Positions 1-7,897 of a stretch of DNA of 43,978 nucleotides are shown piece by piece; the first letter of the stretch is position 1; every line of letters starts with the position of its first letter. Position numbers and translations under genes: made by a program. A model generated the notes under the pieces. The model did no database searches. It saw only the letters and a list, made by a program, of their open reading frames with translations, and was not told the origin of the DNA. The DNA is from a virus: IMG/VR virus record IMGVR_UViG_3300021387_000103, positions 1-43,978 of that record; one strand, written 5' to 3'.

Positions 1-107
1 GCTTGACCGTGTGAAACTTAATGCGCATTTGATGCAATTTCGCACGGGACAATGTGGCGGAACGCTTATTTTCCGCGATTTCCTTTTTGATCTTTGCGAC
101 GTCGTAA
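1..107. repeat. Terminal direct repeat copy 1, identical to 43872..43978 (circular closure or terminal redundancy)
   Basis: Base-by-base comparison of the first 107 nt with the last 107 nt shows identity. The flanks differ (ggcataatcc after 107, agacgtaaccc before 43872). Confidence 0.95.
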
Positions 108-257
108 GGCATAATCCACAAATTCGAATTTAGAGTTAGCCGGCAATTCCCAACCGCCGTTATTCTTCATGCGTAACAATCGTTCCGCGTGGGAAAATTC
201 AAATTCCCGGGTAACGTTGCCAACAACCAACGTTACCGTTGTTGTTTTGGCGTTCAT
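66..257 (-). CDS. hypothetical protein (63 aa), directly upstream of portal across the circular junction
   Basis: ORF track. Packed 3 nt after the 261..911 gene. Its stop lies 13 nt before the portal ATG (position 52 = 43923). Confidence 0.55.
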   Translation of the reverse strand: MNAKTTTVTLVVGNVTREFEFSHAERLLRMKNNGGWELPANSKFEFVDYALRRRKDQKGNRGK

Positions 258-260
258 GAC

Positions 261-911
261 TTATTGGCCGCTATTAACCAAGTCGGTCAGCGGGTTAAAG
301 TCGGTCGGGGTCACAATGACCAAATCATCCGAATAGTTGTCCGGATAAGACCATTGGATTACGTTGGAATCCTTTGCGTTGAAATTTCCGTGAATCTTGG
401 AACCCACGAAGAAACCACGAACGGGGATCGGGTAATATGTGCCGTCGGTTTCGCCCTTAATGGCTTCAATCCTTCCGTTTTCGTCGAACAGGAAAACGCC
501 AAGATTGCCGACATTGGCTTCGCAAGCCAAGGTTTTAAGGGCCTTAATCACCGATTGCGGCATCGAACGCAATGAACCGGTGAATTGTACGGGTTCGCCG
601 CCAAGAACTTCGGCGATACCGCCCAAATCGTCGTTGCCACCGCTGGACAAACGGGCATCTCCGCCGGAATCGGCCGGTGCATTGATATAAGGCGATACAA
701 CTACCTTTGAACCATCAGCGGCGGACAAAAGGGCTGTCCAAGATGCTTTCAAAAGAATTGACGCGGTTGATGTGAAACTGTTTTTTGTTCCGTCGGCCTT
801 GGTCAGACGCTGGAACGCAACTTTTTGGATTTGGCCGAAATTTTCCGGGCAAGTGACGTTTGGAACATCAGTAATTGCGGCGGCGGCCGGGCATTGACAA
901 ATCAAAGACAT
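261..911 (-). CDS. hypothetical protein, probable abundant virion/structural protein (216 aa)
   Basis: Clean ORF with its own TACATTTG box and a leader similar to the capsid gene leader. Lies between terL and portal. No recognisable motif. Confidence 0.7.
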   Translation of the reverse strand: MSLICQCPAAAAITDVPNVTCPENFGQIQKVAFQRLTKADGTKNSFTSTASILLKASWTALLSAADGSKVVVSPYINAPADSGGDARLSSGGNDDLGGIAEVLGGEPVQFTGSLRSMPQSVIKALKTLACEANVGNLGVFLFDENGRIEAIKGETDGTYYPIPVRGFFVGSKIHGNFNAKDSNVIQWSYPDNYSDDLVIVTPTDFNPLTDLVNSGQ

Positions 912-977
912 TGTTTTGAAAATTTAAGTTAATGATATTCACGGCTGACCCTTGGCCGCATCTTTTGTGCAAATGTA
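912..977 (-). promoter_or_regulatory. TAnnTTTG -7 box (970..977, TACATTTG) plus leader hairpin 941..959 (loop CAAGGGTCA) and an AT-rich spacer
   Basis: Minus strand reads TACATTTGcacaaaagatGCGGCcaagggtcaGCCGTgaatatcattaacttaaattttcaaaacaATG. The spacer resembles the one upstream of the capsid gene (40623..40672). Confidence 0.45.
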
Positions 978-1077
978 ATTATTTTTACCAAATTTCGCCT
1001 ATAATCGCATTTCTTTTCAAAAATGGGTAATTCCTTATCTTTTCAAAGAAATTGCCTTAAAACGCCCGAAATCGCCT

Positions 1078-2622
1078 TTAATGGACACGGACGCCCCGGT
1101 TGGCCGCGCCGTATGGCTTTGTATTTCCGTCGGCAATTTCTTTTTCGTATATCCCGGTCAATCCATCGGCGTCGTCGTCATGGTCGTTCGCGTCAAACTT
1201 TCGCAAAAATGACGTAATATGATCGTGAAATTTCTTGTACCGGATTTCCCAGCCGAACGGCATGATGATATGTTGATTGACAAAGGGCGCATCCGTGACA
1301 ATCCGGGATTCCTTATTTTCCCCTTGATAAAACGGGACGGTCAACGCCCGAACCTTTTTTTTCACGGTCTTTTCGAATTGCGAACCGCCGTTATTCGATT
1401 CAATCCATGCTTTTTGTACGCCGTTATTATTGATCATCCGGGGAACGGTTACGGTCGTAACGTCCGTTGATTCGTCGGTAAATTCAAGATCGGTTATCAG
1501 CGCAAACAACAACGGTTCATACCGGCGTTTGTTCTCATTCCAAATTTGGTTTTCCGATTTATAAATGTCATACGACGCCGCAAACAAAAAGTCGTCGCCT
1601 TCGTCGGCAACGTCAACATAACACCCGGAACGGATATATTGGCCCCAATCCGATTTTTCAATCCATGTTTTGAACGGCTGGTACAAAAACGCGGTTGCGT
1701 CGCCCGGATTCCCTTGATACAAACATTGAAAGCCTAACGGGTCTAATTGTTTTTGCGCCAAAAGGCGTTCCAGCGAATGACGTTGCGCCCACAACGGTTG
1801 CCCGGCTTCGCGTGGATCAATTTCAGTCGGCGCGCCTGTCTTAATCGCTTCGAAATTGACCAATACCCACGCATTTTCCGGAACGTCGTCAAGGTCTGAC
1901 CAATTTTCAACAATGACAACTTTTTCCGTTTCAATGATCTTGCCAATGATGTCGTCCGGATGCCAGCGCGTAAACACGATTAGTTGTTGCGAATCGTTAT
2001 GTAAACGCGTTTGCGCAACCTTCGTGAACCATTCCCACGCCGCCGTTCGTGTGATAGGGCTATTCGCTTCCTGTGAATCTTTATAAAGATCGTCGTATAT
2101 CATCACGTCAACCGTCTTGGATGTAAGCGAACCGCCACGGCCAACAACGCGTAACGATCCCGTATGATTGACGATTTCGAATACATCAGAATTGCGCAAG
2201 TAATTATTGGCAACGGTAACGACATTTGACCCGTTCAATGCCGTTTCCGGGAAAACGGCACGGTATTTATCCGAATCAATTAATCGTTGGACGTCCCGGT
2301 TGAAATCCTTGGCAATCGTGGCCGCATACGAACAAATGCAAATTTTCAAATCCGGGTACAATCCCAGCATATCCGCCGGCAAAAAACGGCTTGAACCTTG
2401 CGATTTACCATGCTGCGGCGGGGCTTGAATAATCAATTTCTTTATGCGCCGTTTGGCGAATCTGTCCAAGACTTCATAATAAGCCCGATGAAATGGCGTC
2501 GGCTGAAACGAATGATCCATGTATTGCGCAAACCAAATCAGTTTGCGCCGCGCCCCCTCTTGCAAAAACAATTCCGGATGTTCGGTCAACATCCGGGTTA
2601 TCTTCATTGTCGAATCATCCAT
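1078..2622 (-). CDS. terL: terminase large subunit
   Basis: 514 aa. Walker A-like QAPPQHGKS, Walker B-like VDVMIYDDLY, acidic nuclease-half motif VDVADEGDD. Follows a small-subunit-like gene and precedes portal across the junction. Confidence 0.88.
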   Translation of the reverse strand: MDDSTMKITRMLTEHPELFLQEGARRKLIWFAQYMDHSFQPTPFHRAYYEVLDRFAKRRIKKLIIQAPPQHGKSQGSSRFLPADMLGLYPDLKICICSYAATIAKDFNRDVQRLIDSDKYRAVFPETALNGSNVVTVANNYLRNSDVFEIVNHTGSLRVVGRGGSLTSKTVDVMIYDDLYKDSQEANSPITRTAAWEWFTKVAQTRLHNDSQQLIVFTRWHPDDIIGKIIETEKVVIVENWSDLDDVPENAWVLVNFEAIKTGAPTEIDPREAGQPLWAQRHSLERLLAQKQLDPLGFQCLYQGNPGDATAFLYQPFKTWIEKSDWGQYIRSGCYVDVADEGDDFLFAASYDIYKSENQIWNENKRRYEPLLFALITDLEFTDESTDVTTVTVPRMINNNGVQKAWIESNNGGSQFEKTVKKKVRALTVPFYQGENKESRIVTDAPFVNQHIIMPFGWEIRYKKFHDHITSFLRKFDANDHDDDADGLTGIYEKEIADGNTKPYGAANRGVRVH

Positions 2623-2679
2623 TTACAAATCGGGTCTATCTTCGTCACCCGGGTATTTCTTATTTGGTTCAATCATGGT

Positions 2680-2749
2680 AAAAAAAGGCGGGGCCGGTAA
2701 ACTGAAGGGTGAAATAATAGACGAAAAGAAAATACTTATCAACCCCGCC
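2680..2749 (-). terminator. terminator-like long hairpin with U7 between terS and terL
   Basis: Minus strand: GGCGGGG (2743..2749) ... 49-nt loop ... CCCCGCC (2687..2693) followed by TTTTTTT (2680..2686). The loop is unusually large for an intrinsic terminator. Confidence 0.35.
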
Positions 2750-2754
2750 CGAAA

Positions 2755-3300
2755 TTATTTAATCATATCAATAACCTTGGCCAATAAATCATCGGGAACA
2801 TTCGCAAGCGAAATGGATGGTTTGGATTCCGTTTCAATCTTGCCCGTCAATTCTTGGATATGCTTGTTTGACCATTCGCCGGGCGCGCGATTGCACAACG
2901 CAAAGATAATCGCCGTTGGATTCGGCGCGGCCTTCTTGTGGACAATCTTTTTTTTGACCTCAACCATTTTGCCGTTTTTGTCCAACGCTGATTCGGTTGT
3001 GGTTTCATCCCATTCATACCCGCATACCAATTCCAGCAACGAACGTTTACAGTCAACGACCAATTGGGAATCGTACCATTCTTGATATTCCTTTTCGGCC
3101 ATTTTAACCCGGTCTGAAAAGTCCGAATCGTTGGCCAAATGCGCGTAAAACGTCGCTTTGGAAACACGCGCGGCCGTAAACGCATCTTTATACGATTTCC
3201 CGGCGGCAATAGCCTTGCACATTAATTCCACCTTTGCATCCGTCCATTGCGGTTTGCGGCCTTTCTTTTTCGGTTCTGCTGATATTGGTTTCGTTGCCAT
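2755..3300 (-). CDS. terS: putative terminase small subunit (HTH DNA-binding)
   Basis: 181 aa. Basic N-terminus KKKGRKPQW, HTH-like KSYKDAFTAARVSKATFYAHL. Position immediately upstream of terL. Confidence 0.55.
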   Translation of the reverse strand: MATKPISAEPKKKGRKPQWTDAKVELMCKAIAAGKSYKDAFTAARVSKATFYAHLANDSDFSDRVKMAEKEYQEWYDSQLVVDCKRSLLELVCGYEWDETTTESALDKNGKMVEVKKKIVHKKAAPNPTAIIFALCNRAPGEWSNKHIQELTGKIETESKPSISLANVPDDLLAKVIDMIK

Positions 3301-3314
3301 GATTGAATGGATTT

Positions 3315-3617
3315 TTACAAAGGTAACAAATTTTCTATCCCATCGCCTTTTATGGATTGGATTGTTTCGATTTCACAAAGAAGCAACGCGGCGGCCTCTG
3401 CAATCTTTTTAATCCAAGCGGATTTGTTGTTACCGCCGTAATTAAGTGGGTTACACAGATCGGCGGCCGCTTTCGCATCGAAATACGGCGCGGGTCGAAA
3501 ATCGCCACGTTGTCGGTCTTTGTCAATCTTTCGTTTCACATCGGAAACAATGTCAATCGCTTTTCTTGCCATCTTCTTTTTGTTTTTTGGGTAATACTGA
3601 AATACACGCCGGATCAT
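3315..3617 (-). CDS. hypothetical protein (start ambiguous: 3617 or 3572, MARKAID...)
   Basis: ORF track. The internal ATG at 3572 would leave room for the Cys-rich small ORF upstream. Confidence 0.55.
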   Translation of the reverse strand: MIRRVFQYYPKNKKKMARKAIDIVSDVKRKIDKDRQRGDFRPAPYFDAKAAADLCNPLNYGGNNKSAWIKKIAEAAALLLCEIETIQSIKGDGIENLLPL

Positions 3618-3729
3618 TCTTGTTTACAGGCCATCCGGACACATCGCAACAATAATCGCACATCCACAAATTCACGCGTTTGCAATGCTGACAATCGCCA
3701 CATGAAAGTTCGGTTATTTCCTTTGCCAT
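3553..3729 (-). CDS. small Cys-rich (zinc-ribbon-like) protein, 58 aa, below the ORF-track size cutoff
   Basis: Hand translation: MAKEITELSCGDCQHCKRVNLWMCDYCCDVSGWPVNKNDPACISVLPKKQKEDGKKSD. The ATG overlaps the end of 3714..4028 and fills an otherwise non-coding gap. Confidence 0.4.
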   Translation of the reverse strand: MAKEITELSCGDCQHCKRVNLWMCDYCCDVSGWPVNKNDPACISVLPKKQKEDGKKSD

Positions 3730-4028
3730 ATTTTCAAACGGTCTTTGGCTTTTTTAACCGTGTCCACATCCGGGTTGGCCTTTAGGAATTCCAAGAATTT
3801 ATCGCGGCCCAATTTCCGGTAAATCGGCACAAAATCCATTCGGCACAAATCCGCCGGTTCCCCGGGTTCAATTGCTTTTGTCCGGCCGGCCTTTTCTGCT
3901 TCAAGTGAACATTCGAAAATGTCATGGCCGCGTTTGTCAACAATGACGAATTCTTGCCCGTTAAGTGTGATTCGACCAAAATAACGGGCAATGGAAAGTT
4001 GAGAATTCGCCCAAAAAGATTCAGCCAT
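3714..4028 (-). CDS. hypothetical protein
   Basis: ORF track. Start moved to MAESFW (TAATG overlap with the upstream stop at 4028). Confidence 0.6.
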   Translation of the reverse strand: MAESFWANSQLSIARYFGRITLNGQEFVIVDKRGHDIFECSLEAEKAGRTKAIEPGEPADLCRMDFVPIYRKLGRDKFLEFLKANPDVDTVKKAKDRLKIWQRK

Positions 4029-4624
4029 TACAATTGTTCCCATGTTTCGAATTCGCGTTGATTCATGACAAAGTAATGGCCGGATTCATCGCGGCAAATG
4101 GCGTCGGTTTCCATTGCATCAAGGAATACCGATCCGTTAAGGAAATGGAACGAAATAGATTCTTTTTCGTTCCTTGGAATGCGGATTTGGCCACCGCCGA
4201 CAAAGTGGCGCAAGCGCGAATATTCCCGCACATTGTTTGTCAAGAAAATTACCCGTAATTTGTCACCGGAACGATTATACACTAACCGTCCCTTTTCCGG
4301 ATCACATTCGAAACGCTCCCTTTCGTCACCAATCACGAACGGGTATTCCTGTTCGCTTAACTTGATTTTGACAACGAATTGTTTGGCATCCGGGTTGTCT
4401 TGAATGCTAACGAACCGTTCCCCGATCCGGCCAATGACGGCATCCATGACGGCATTAACGAAATCCGCGTCGGATCGGTTGGAATAGTCAACGACGATTT
4501 TGTAGCAATCCCGGGAATGATATTCCGGAACGCATGGTTTGCCGGTCAACGATTCAACCATCATGAACAGTTCCGCATCGTATGGCGTAAGCCTATTTTT
4601 CCATGTCGTTTTCATAATGTTCAA
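4028..4624 (-). CDS. hypothetical protein (198 aa)
   Basis: ORF track; tightly packed in the operon. Confidence 0.65.
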   Translation of the reverse strand: MNIMKTTWKNRLTPYDAELFMMVESLTGKPCVPEYHSRDCYKIVVDYSNRSDADFVNAVMDAVIGRIGERFVSIQDNPDAKQFVVKIKLSEQEYPFVIGDERERFECDPEKGRLVYNRSGDKLRVIFLTNNVREYSRLRHFVGGGQIRIPRNEKESISFHFLNGSVFLDAMETDAICRDESGHYFVMNQREFETWEQL

Positions 4625-4805
4625 TTCTTTCCTGTAATGCTTTCATTTCCTCATATTCGCCGGAAACTGTAACAACCGAATATGTATGTGTTATTTTGGT
4701 CGGCATGGGTTCCCGGACACTTACAAAATCACATCCGCATTCGGTGCAATCCTTTCGGACGGCTTCGACCTTTTCAGCCGGCACGATGAATGTTTTAGCA
4801 ATCAT
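4593..4805 (-). CDS. hypothetical protein (70 aa)
   Basis: ORF track. ATGA overlap with the upstream gene stop at 4802. Confidence 0.5.
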   Translation of the reverse strand: MIAKTFIVPAEKVEAVRKDCTECGCDFVSVREPMPTKITHTYSVVTVSGEYEEMKALQERIEHYENDMEK

Positions 4806-5302
4806 TTCATTCGCTTTTTAATCAATTCCCAACCGTCGTCATTAAGAATCATCGCTTGCGGATAAATCGTAATGTCGTCTTTTGGCACAATTAAGTTGTA
4901 AACGCCTAATTGGCCCTTTATTGGCATTTCCACAACCCGGCGCGGGTTGCGCATCATCCAGCCATAACCCGTTGTCGGCCGGTCTTTCTCCGGGATGCAA
5001 GTTGCGTCCCAATCGGCGGCCGTGAAATCTTCAACGCGCTTGACATCATACAATTCAACAAAACCACAAGTGACCCCGGACAAATGCCCGGGAATTTCCG
5101 GATTGGCCGACGAACAAACCAAGATGTCACCACGGAATTTCACATTGCGCGTCCGGACTTCGATAGATTTGGCCGCATGAAATGCGCCGGAATCATCTTG
5201 GTACACAACGCGCGTCAACAAATCGGCATAAGGTTGTTTTACCGTCAATGCCTTGAACACGTCATGTTGTTTCGGGTCGTAATCTTTACGTTCTATTTGC
5301 AT
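4802..5302 (-). CDS. ASCH (PUA-like) domain protein
   Basis: ALTVKQPYADLL...KSIEVRTRNVKFRGDILVCSS matches the ASCH pattern (xQPxAxLI ... ExR ... RG). Confidence 0.55.
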   Translation of the reverse strand: MQIERKDYDPKQHDVFKALTVKQPYADLLTRVVYQDDSGAFHAAKSIEVRTRNVKFRGDILVCSSANPEIPGHLSGVTCGFVELYDVKRVEDFTAADWDATCIPEKDRPTTGYGWMMRNPRRVVEMPIKGQLGVYNLIVPKDDITIYPQAMILNDDGWELIKKRMK

Positions 5303-5314
5303 AGCGCGATCACA

Positions 5315-5731
5315 TTAAACCGGCATATCATCGTCGGGCATTGGCTGATAGTCGCCACTTGACCGATAATCGGGTTGCGGGGCCGGGGCCTGTTCGGGCT
5401 TTTTACCACCCAACAATTCCATTTCTTCGACAACTATTTCGGTAACGTATCGGGTTTGCCCGGCATTATCTTGGTATTGGCGGGTTTGGATTTTTCCCAC
5501 GATCAAAAGCGGGGTTCCCTTCTTGACAAACTGTTCGCATACACCCGCAAGGCCGGTACGCTTGACAACGATATTGTGCCAAGTTGTTTCCGGTTCAATC
5601 TTCCGGCCATCCCGGGTTTCATACCCGCGTTCGGTCGTGGCCAACGTGAATTGTGCAACCTTTCCGCCATCTTGGAACGTGGTAATTTTCGGGTCTTGGC
5701 CGACGTTCCCTTTCAAAAAAACCTTGTTCAT
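5315..5731 (-). CDS. ssb: single-stranded DNA-binding protein
   Basis: 138 aa. OB-fold SSB pattern MNKVFLKGNVGQDP..FTLAT..WHNIVV..YVTEIVV and acidic C-terminal tail DDDMPV. Confidence 0.9.
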   Translation of the reverse strand: MNKVFLKGNVGQDPKITTFQDGGKVAQFTLATTERGYETRDGRKIEPETTWHNIVVKRTGLAGVCEQFVKKGTPLLIVGKIQTRQYQDNAGQTRYVTEIVVEEMELLGGKKPEQAPAPQPDYRSSGDYQPMPDDDMPV

Positions 5732-5901
5732 TTCTTCTTTGATTTTTTCGTTAATAATTCAATCACTTCTTGATAATCTTCATTAAGCACATTTTTCGCC
5801 CGGCGCAAATACATGATTGGGTAAAAAGTGTTTCCAACTCTCTTGTAAATACAAGGACTTTTACCAAACGCACCCGATGAATCAAGGATGTATTCTTTCA
5901 T
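5728..5901 (-). CDS. hypothetical protein, 57 aa (below track cutoff)
   Basis: Hand translation MKEYILDSSGAFGKSPCIYKRVGNTFYPIMYLRRAKNVLNEDYQEVIELLTKKSKKK. ATGA overlap with the ssb start. Confidence 0.45.
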   Translation of the reverse strand: MKEYILDSSGAFGKSPCIYKRVGNTFYPIMYLRRAKNVLNEDYQEVIELLTKKSKKK

Positions 5902-5903
5902 TT

Positions 5904-6224
5904 TTAATCGTCGAATTTAACACCATCAAGCAAATACCGGGTTTTCCCACTTGACCAACCGGCGGCCGCATTAAGCGCGTTCCGGTCTGCATCCCGGACA
6001 AATTCAACCCAATATCCGCCATTATAACCACTTTCAATGATCCGAACCAACCGACCCACGATATAACGCCGAAATTGCCGGTAATTGCTATTGTCGTTCA
6101 ATTCCACAACGCGGCGCGTATTGCTGGAATGCGGTGTTTTCGGTTCCCGGCGTTGCCGCTTGTAATTCGCTTTTGCGAAATCCTTGCGAATGGATCGCCG
6201 GATCAGATCATCATAATTTTTCAT
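5904..6224 (-). CDS. hypothetical protein
   Basis: ORF track. Start moved to MKNYDD (ATGA overlap with the upstream stop). Confidence 0.55.
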   Translation of the reverse strand: MKNYDDLIRRSIRKDFAKANYKRQRREPKTPHSSNTRRVVELNDNSNYRQFRRYIVGRLVRIIESGYNGGYWVEFVRDADRNALNAAAGWSSGKTRYLLDGVKFDD

Positions 6225-6472
6225 ACAGGGTCGCAAACTTCGGGTTTAGTCACCGACACAAGCAACGGTTGTAATGGTTGCCCGAATGTTAGCACGGACA
6301 CATATATTTCGCCGGTCATTTGAATTAATGCCTTTTCTTCATCCGAAAGTTTCCAGCACGTTACAACCTCACCCGTTTTGGGATTGCCCCGGCTTTCGGC
6401 CGGCAATGGTTTATATTCGGGTTGGTTGGCCCCGTAAATCACGTTTGCGCCCTCAAATTTAATAGGTTCCAT
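6221..6472 (-). CDS. hypothetical protein
   Basis: ORF track; start probably MEPIKF. Confidence 0.5.
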   Translation of the reverse strand: MEPIKFEGANVIYGANQPEYKPLPAESRGNPKTGEVVTCWKLSDEEKALIQMTGEIYVSVLTFGQPLQPLLVSVTKPEVCDPV

Positions 6473-6884
6473 ATTCCTTTCGCAACTGTTCAATAATCAA
6501 TTGATTAATCCTATAAATGCGCATATATTGTCGATCGCCATTTTCCCACCGGTTATGCATTTCGAACGAAAGGATATTGACGTTTCGCGGATCATGCGCC
6601 ATTTCGGGGTGCGCGCCCCGCGTCAAGATGTGCGACACATAAGTTGCCGAATACTGACGCAAAGGGCGCATCGTTTCCGCGCATATATGCGGGTAATGAT
6701 CCCAGCACCACCGATAAAATTTTTCGTTTTCTTGCGGCGTATGCCCGGTTCCGAACAATTCCCGTTGAATTGCCACGCGTAAATGTATATCCATCGCAAA
6801 ACGCCGGTCAATCAACGGTTCATAACCGCGTTTGACGGCGAATGAATATTCATCGCGCGTGGTAATTACATACGGTTCCATCAT
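6459..6884 (-). CDS. hypothetical protein, possible His-Me finger (HNH-like) nuclease
   Basis: SHILTRGAHPEMAHDPRNVNILSFEMHNRWE resembles an H..R...N..L....H...(H/E) HNH core but lacks the usual Cys pairs. Confidence 0.4.
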   Translation of the reverse strand: MMEPYVITTRDEYSFAVKRGYEPLIDRRFAMDIHLRVAIQRELFGTGHTPQENEKFYRWCWDHYPHICAETMRPLRQYSATYVSHILTRGAHPEMAHDPRNVNILSFEMHNRWENGDRQYMRIYRINQLIIEQLRKEYGTY

Positions 6885-7474
6885 TCGGCATCGGGTTCGT
6901 TCTCGGGCATATCGTCGCCGGGCTGACCAAACAATGACAATTGCGCCTGTTTGCCTTTGAACAGATATGCATATACTTCGGCCTTGACGGCATCGACAAT
7001 CGTTTCCAATTGTTCTTCGAAACCGAAAGAAATTTGCGCAATCTTAATGCGCGGCGTATTAATGCACGTTTTCAAGCCGTTAGGCGTTTCAAAAACGGAT
7101 GTAATGACCACGCCAACGTTATCTTCCGTTCCCGACCAAGATATGCCGCGAACGTCAATTTTTTGCAACAGTTCATCAGCAAAAGCGCGGGCGCGATCCT
7201 TTATATTGTGATTTACAACTTCCGCGTCCAAAAACGTCAAGAACGACGTAATGTTGAACACCCGGCCCACAATGTTGCGCAAATCTTCGAACAATCCCAG
7301 CAAATCCGGGTGAACGTCACGCGTACACGTTTCGTTGCGATCGATTACGGATGAATCGCCGTCAACAACTTGCGAAATTTGATAATTAACTTGGATTCCG
7401 CCTTTCGGCAACAACTTGACTTTGGACAGATTAAAGTCCTTTTCCGTTGGGATGCTTTGTAACTCTTTTTCCAT
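6881..7474 (-). CDS. hypothetical protein with acidic C-terminal tail
   Basis: 197 aa ORF. C-terminus GDDMPENEPDAE. Confidence 0.65.
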   Translation of the reverse strand: MEKELQSIPTEKDFNLSKVKLLPKGGIQVNYQISQVVDGDSSVIDRNETCTRDVHPDLLGLFEDLRNIVGRVFNITSFLTFLDAEVVNHNIKDRARAFADELLQKIDVRGISWSGTEDNVGVVITSVFETPNGLKTCINTPRIKIAQISFGFEEQLETIVDAVKAEVYAYLFKGKQAQLSLFGQPGDDMPENEPDAE

Positions 7475-7478
7475 CGTT

Positions 7479-7676
7479 TTATGAATTATGTTTCGCCGGT
7501 TCCGCCGGCCCGGGTTCCAAGACAGTTAATGCAACATCAACCAATTTCAACAAATCTTCCAAAATGGCAATTTGTGCCGGGCTGGTTTTGTTGTCTTTTT
7601 TCAAATGGATTAACCAATTATTGACGTATTCCCGGGTCAATCCGGGCGCATTGTGGAATTCAATTGTTTTTGGCAT
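7479..7676 (-). CDS. hypothetical protein (65 aa)
   Basis: ORF track; operon packing. Confidence 0.5.
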   Translation of the reverse strand: MPKTIEFHNAPGLTREYVNNWLIHLKKDNKTSPAQIAILEDLLKLVDVALTVLEPGPAEPAKHNS

Positions 7677-7688
7677 AATATCGGGACT

Positions 7689-7895
7689 TTAATCGCCTTT
7701 ACAAGCGGGGCCGCATCCGGGAACGCATGACGCATCCACCGGAATTGATGTAAAAAACGTTATGTCGGTTTTGCAACCCTTTTCGTAATTGTCAACGTGT
7801 ATTTCCATGTTGATACGTTTTGCGCCTAATTCATCGCGCAATGCCGAAACCGCTTCAATTGCGGCTTTCTCAAATTCTTTAATCTTTTCTTTCAT
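7689..7895 (-). CDS. hypothetical protein (68 aa), Cys-rich C-terminus
   Basis: ORF track. Ends CVPGCGPACKGD. Confidence 0.5.
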   Translation of the reverse strand: MKEKIKEFEKAAIEAVSALRDELGAKRINMEIHVDNYEKGCKTDITFFTSIPVDASCVPGCGPACKGD

Positions 7896-7897
7896 CG

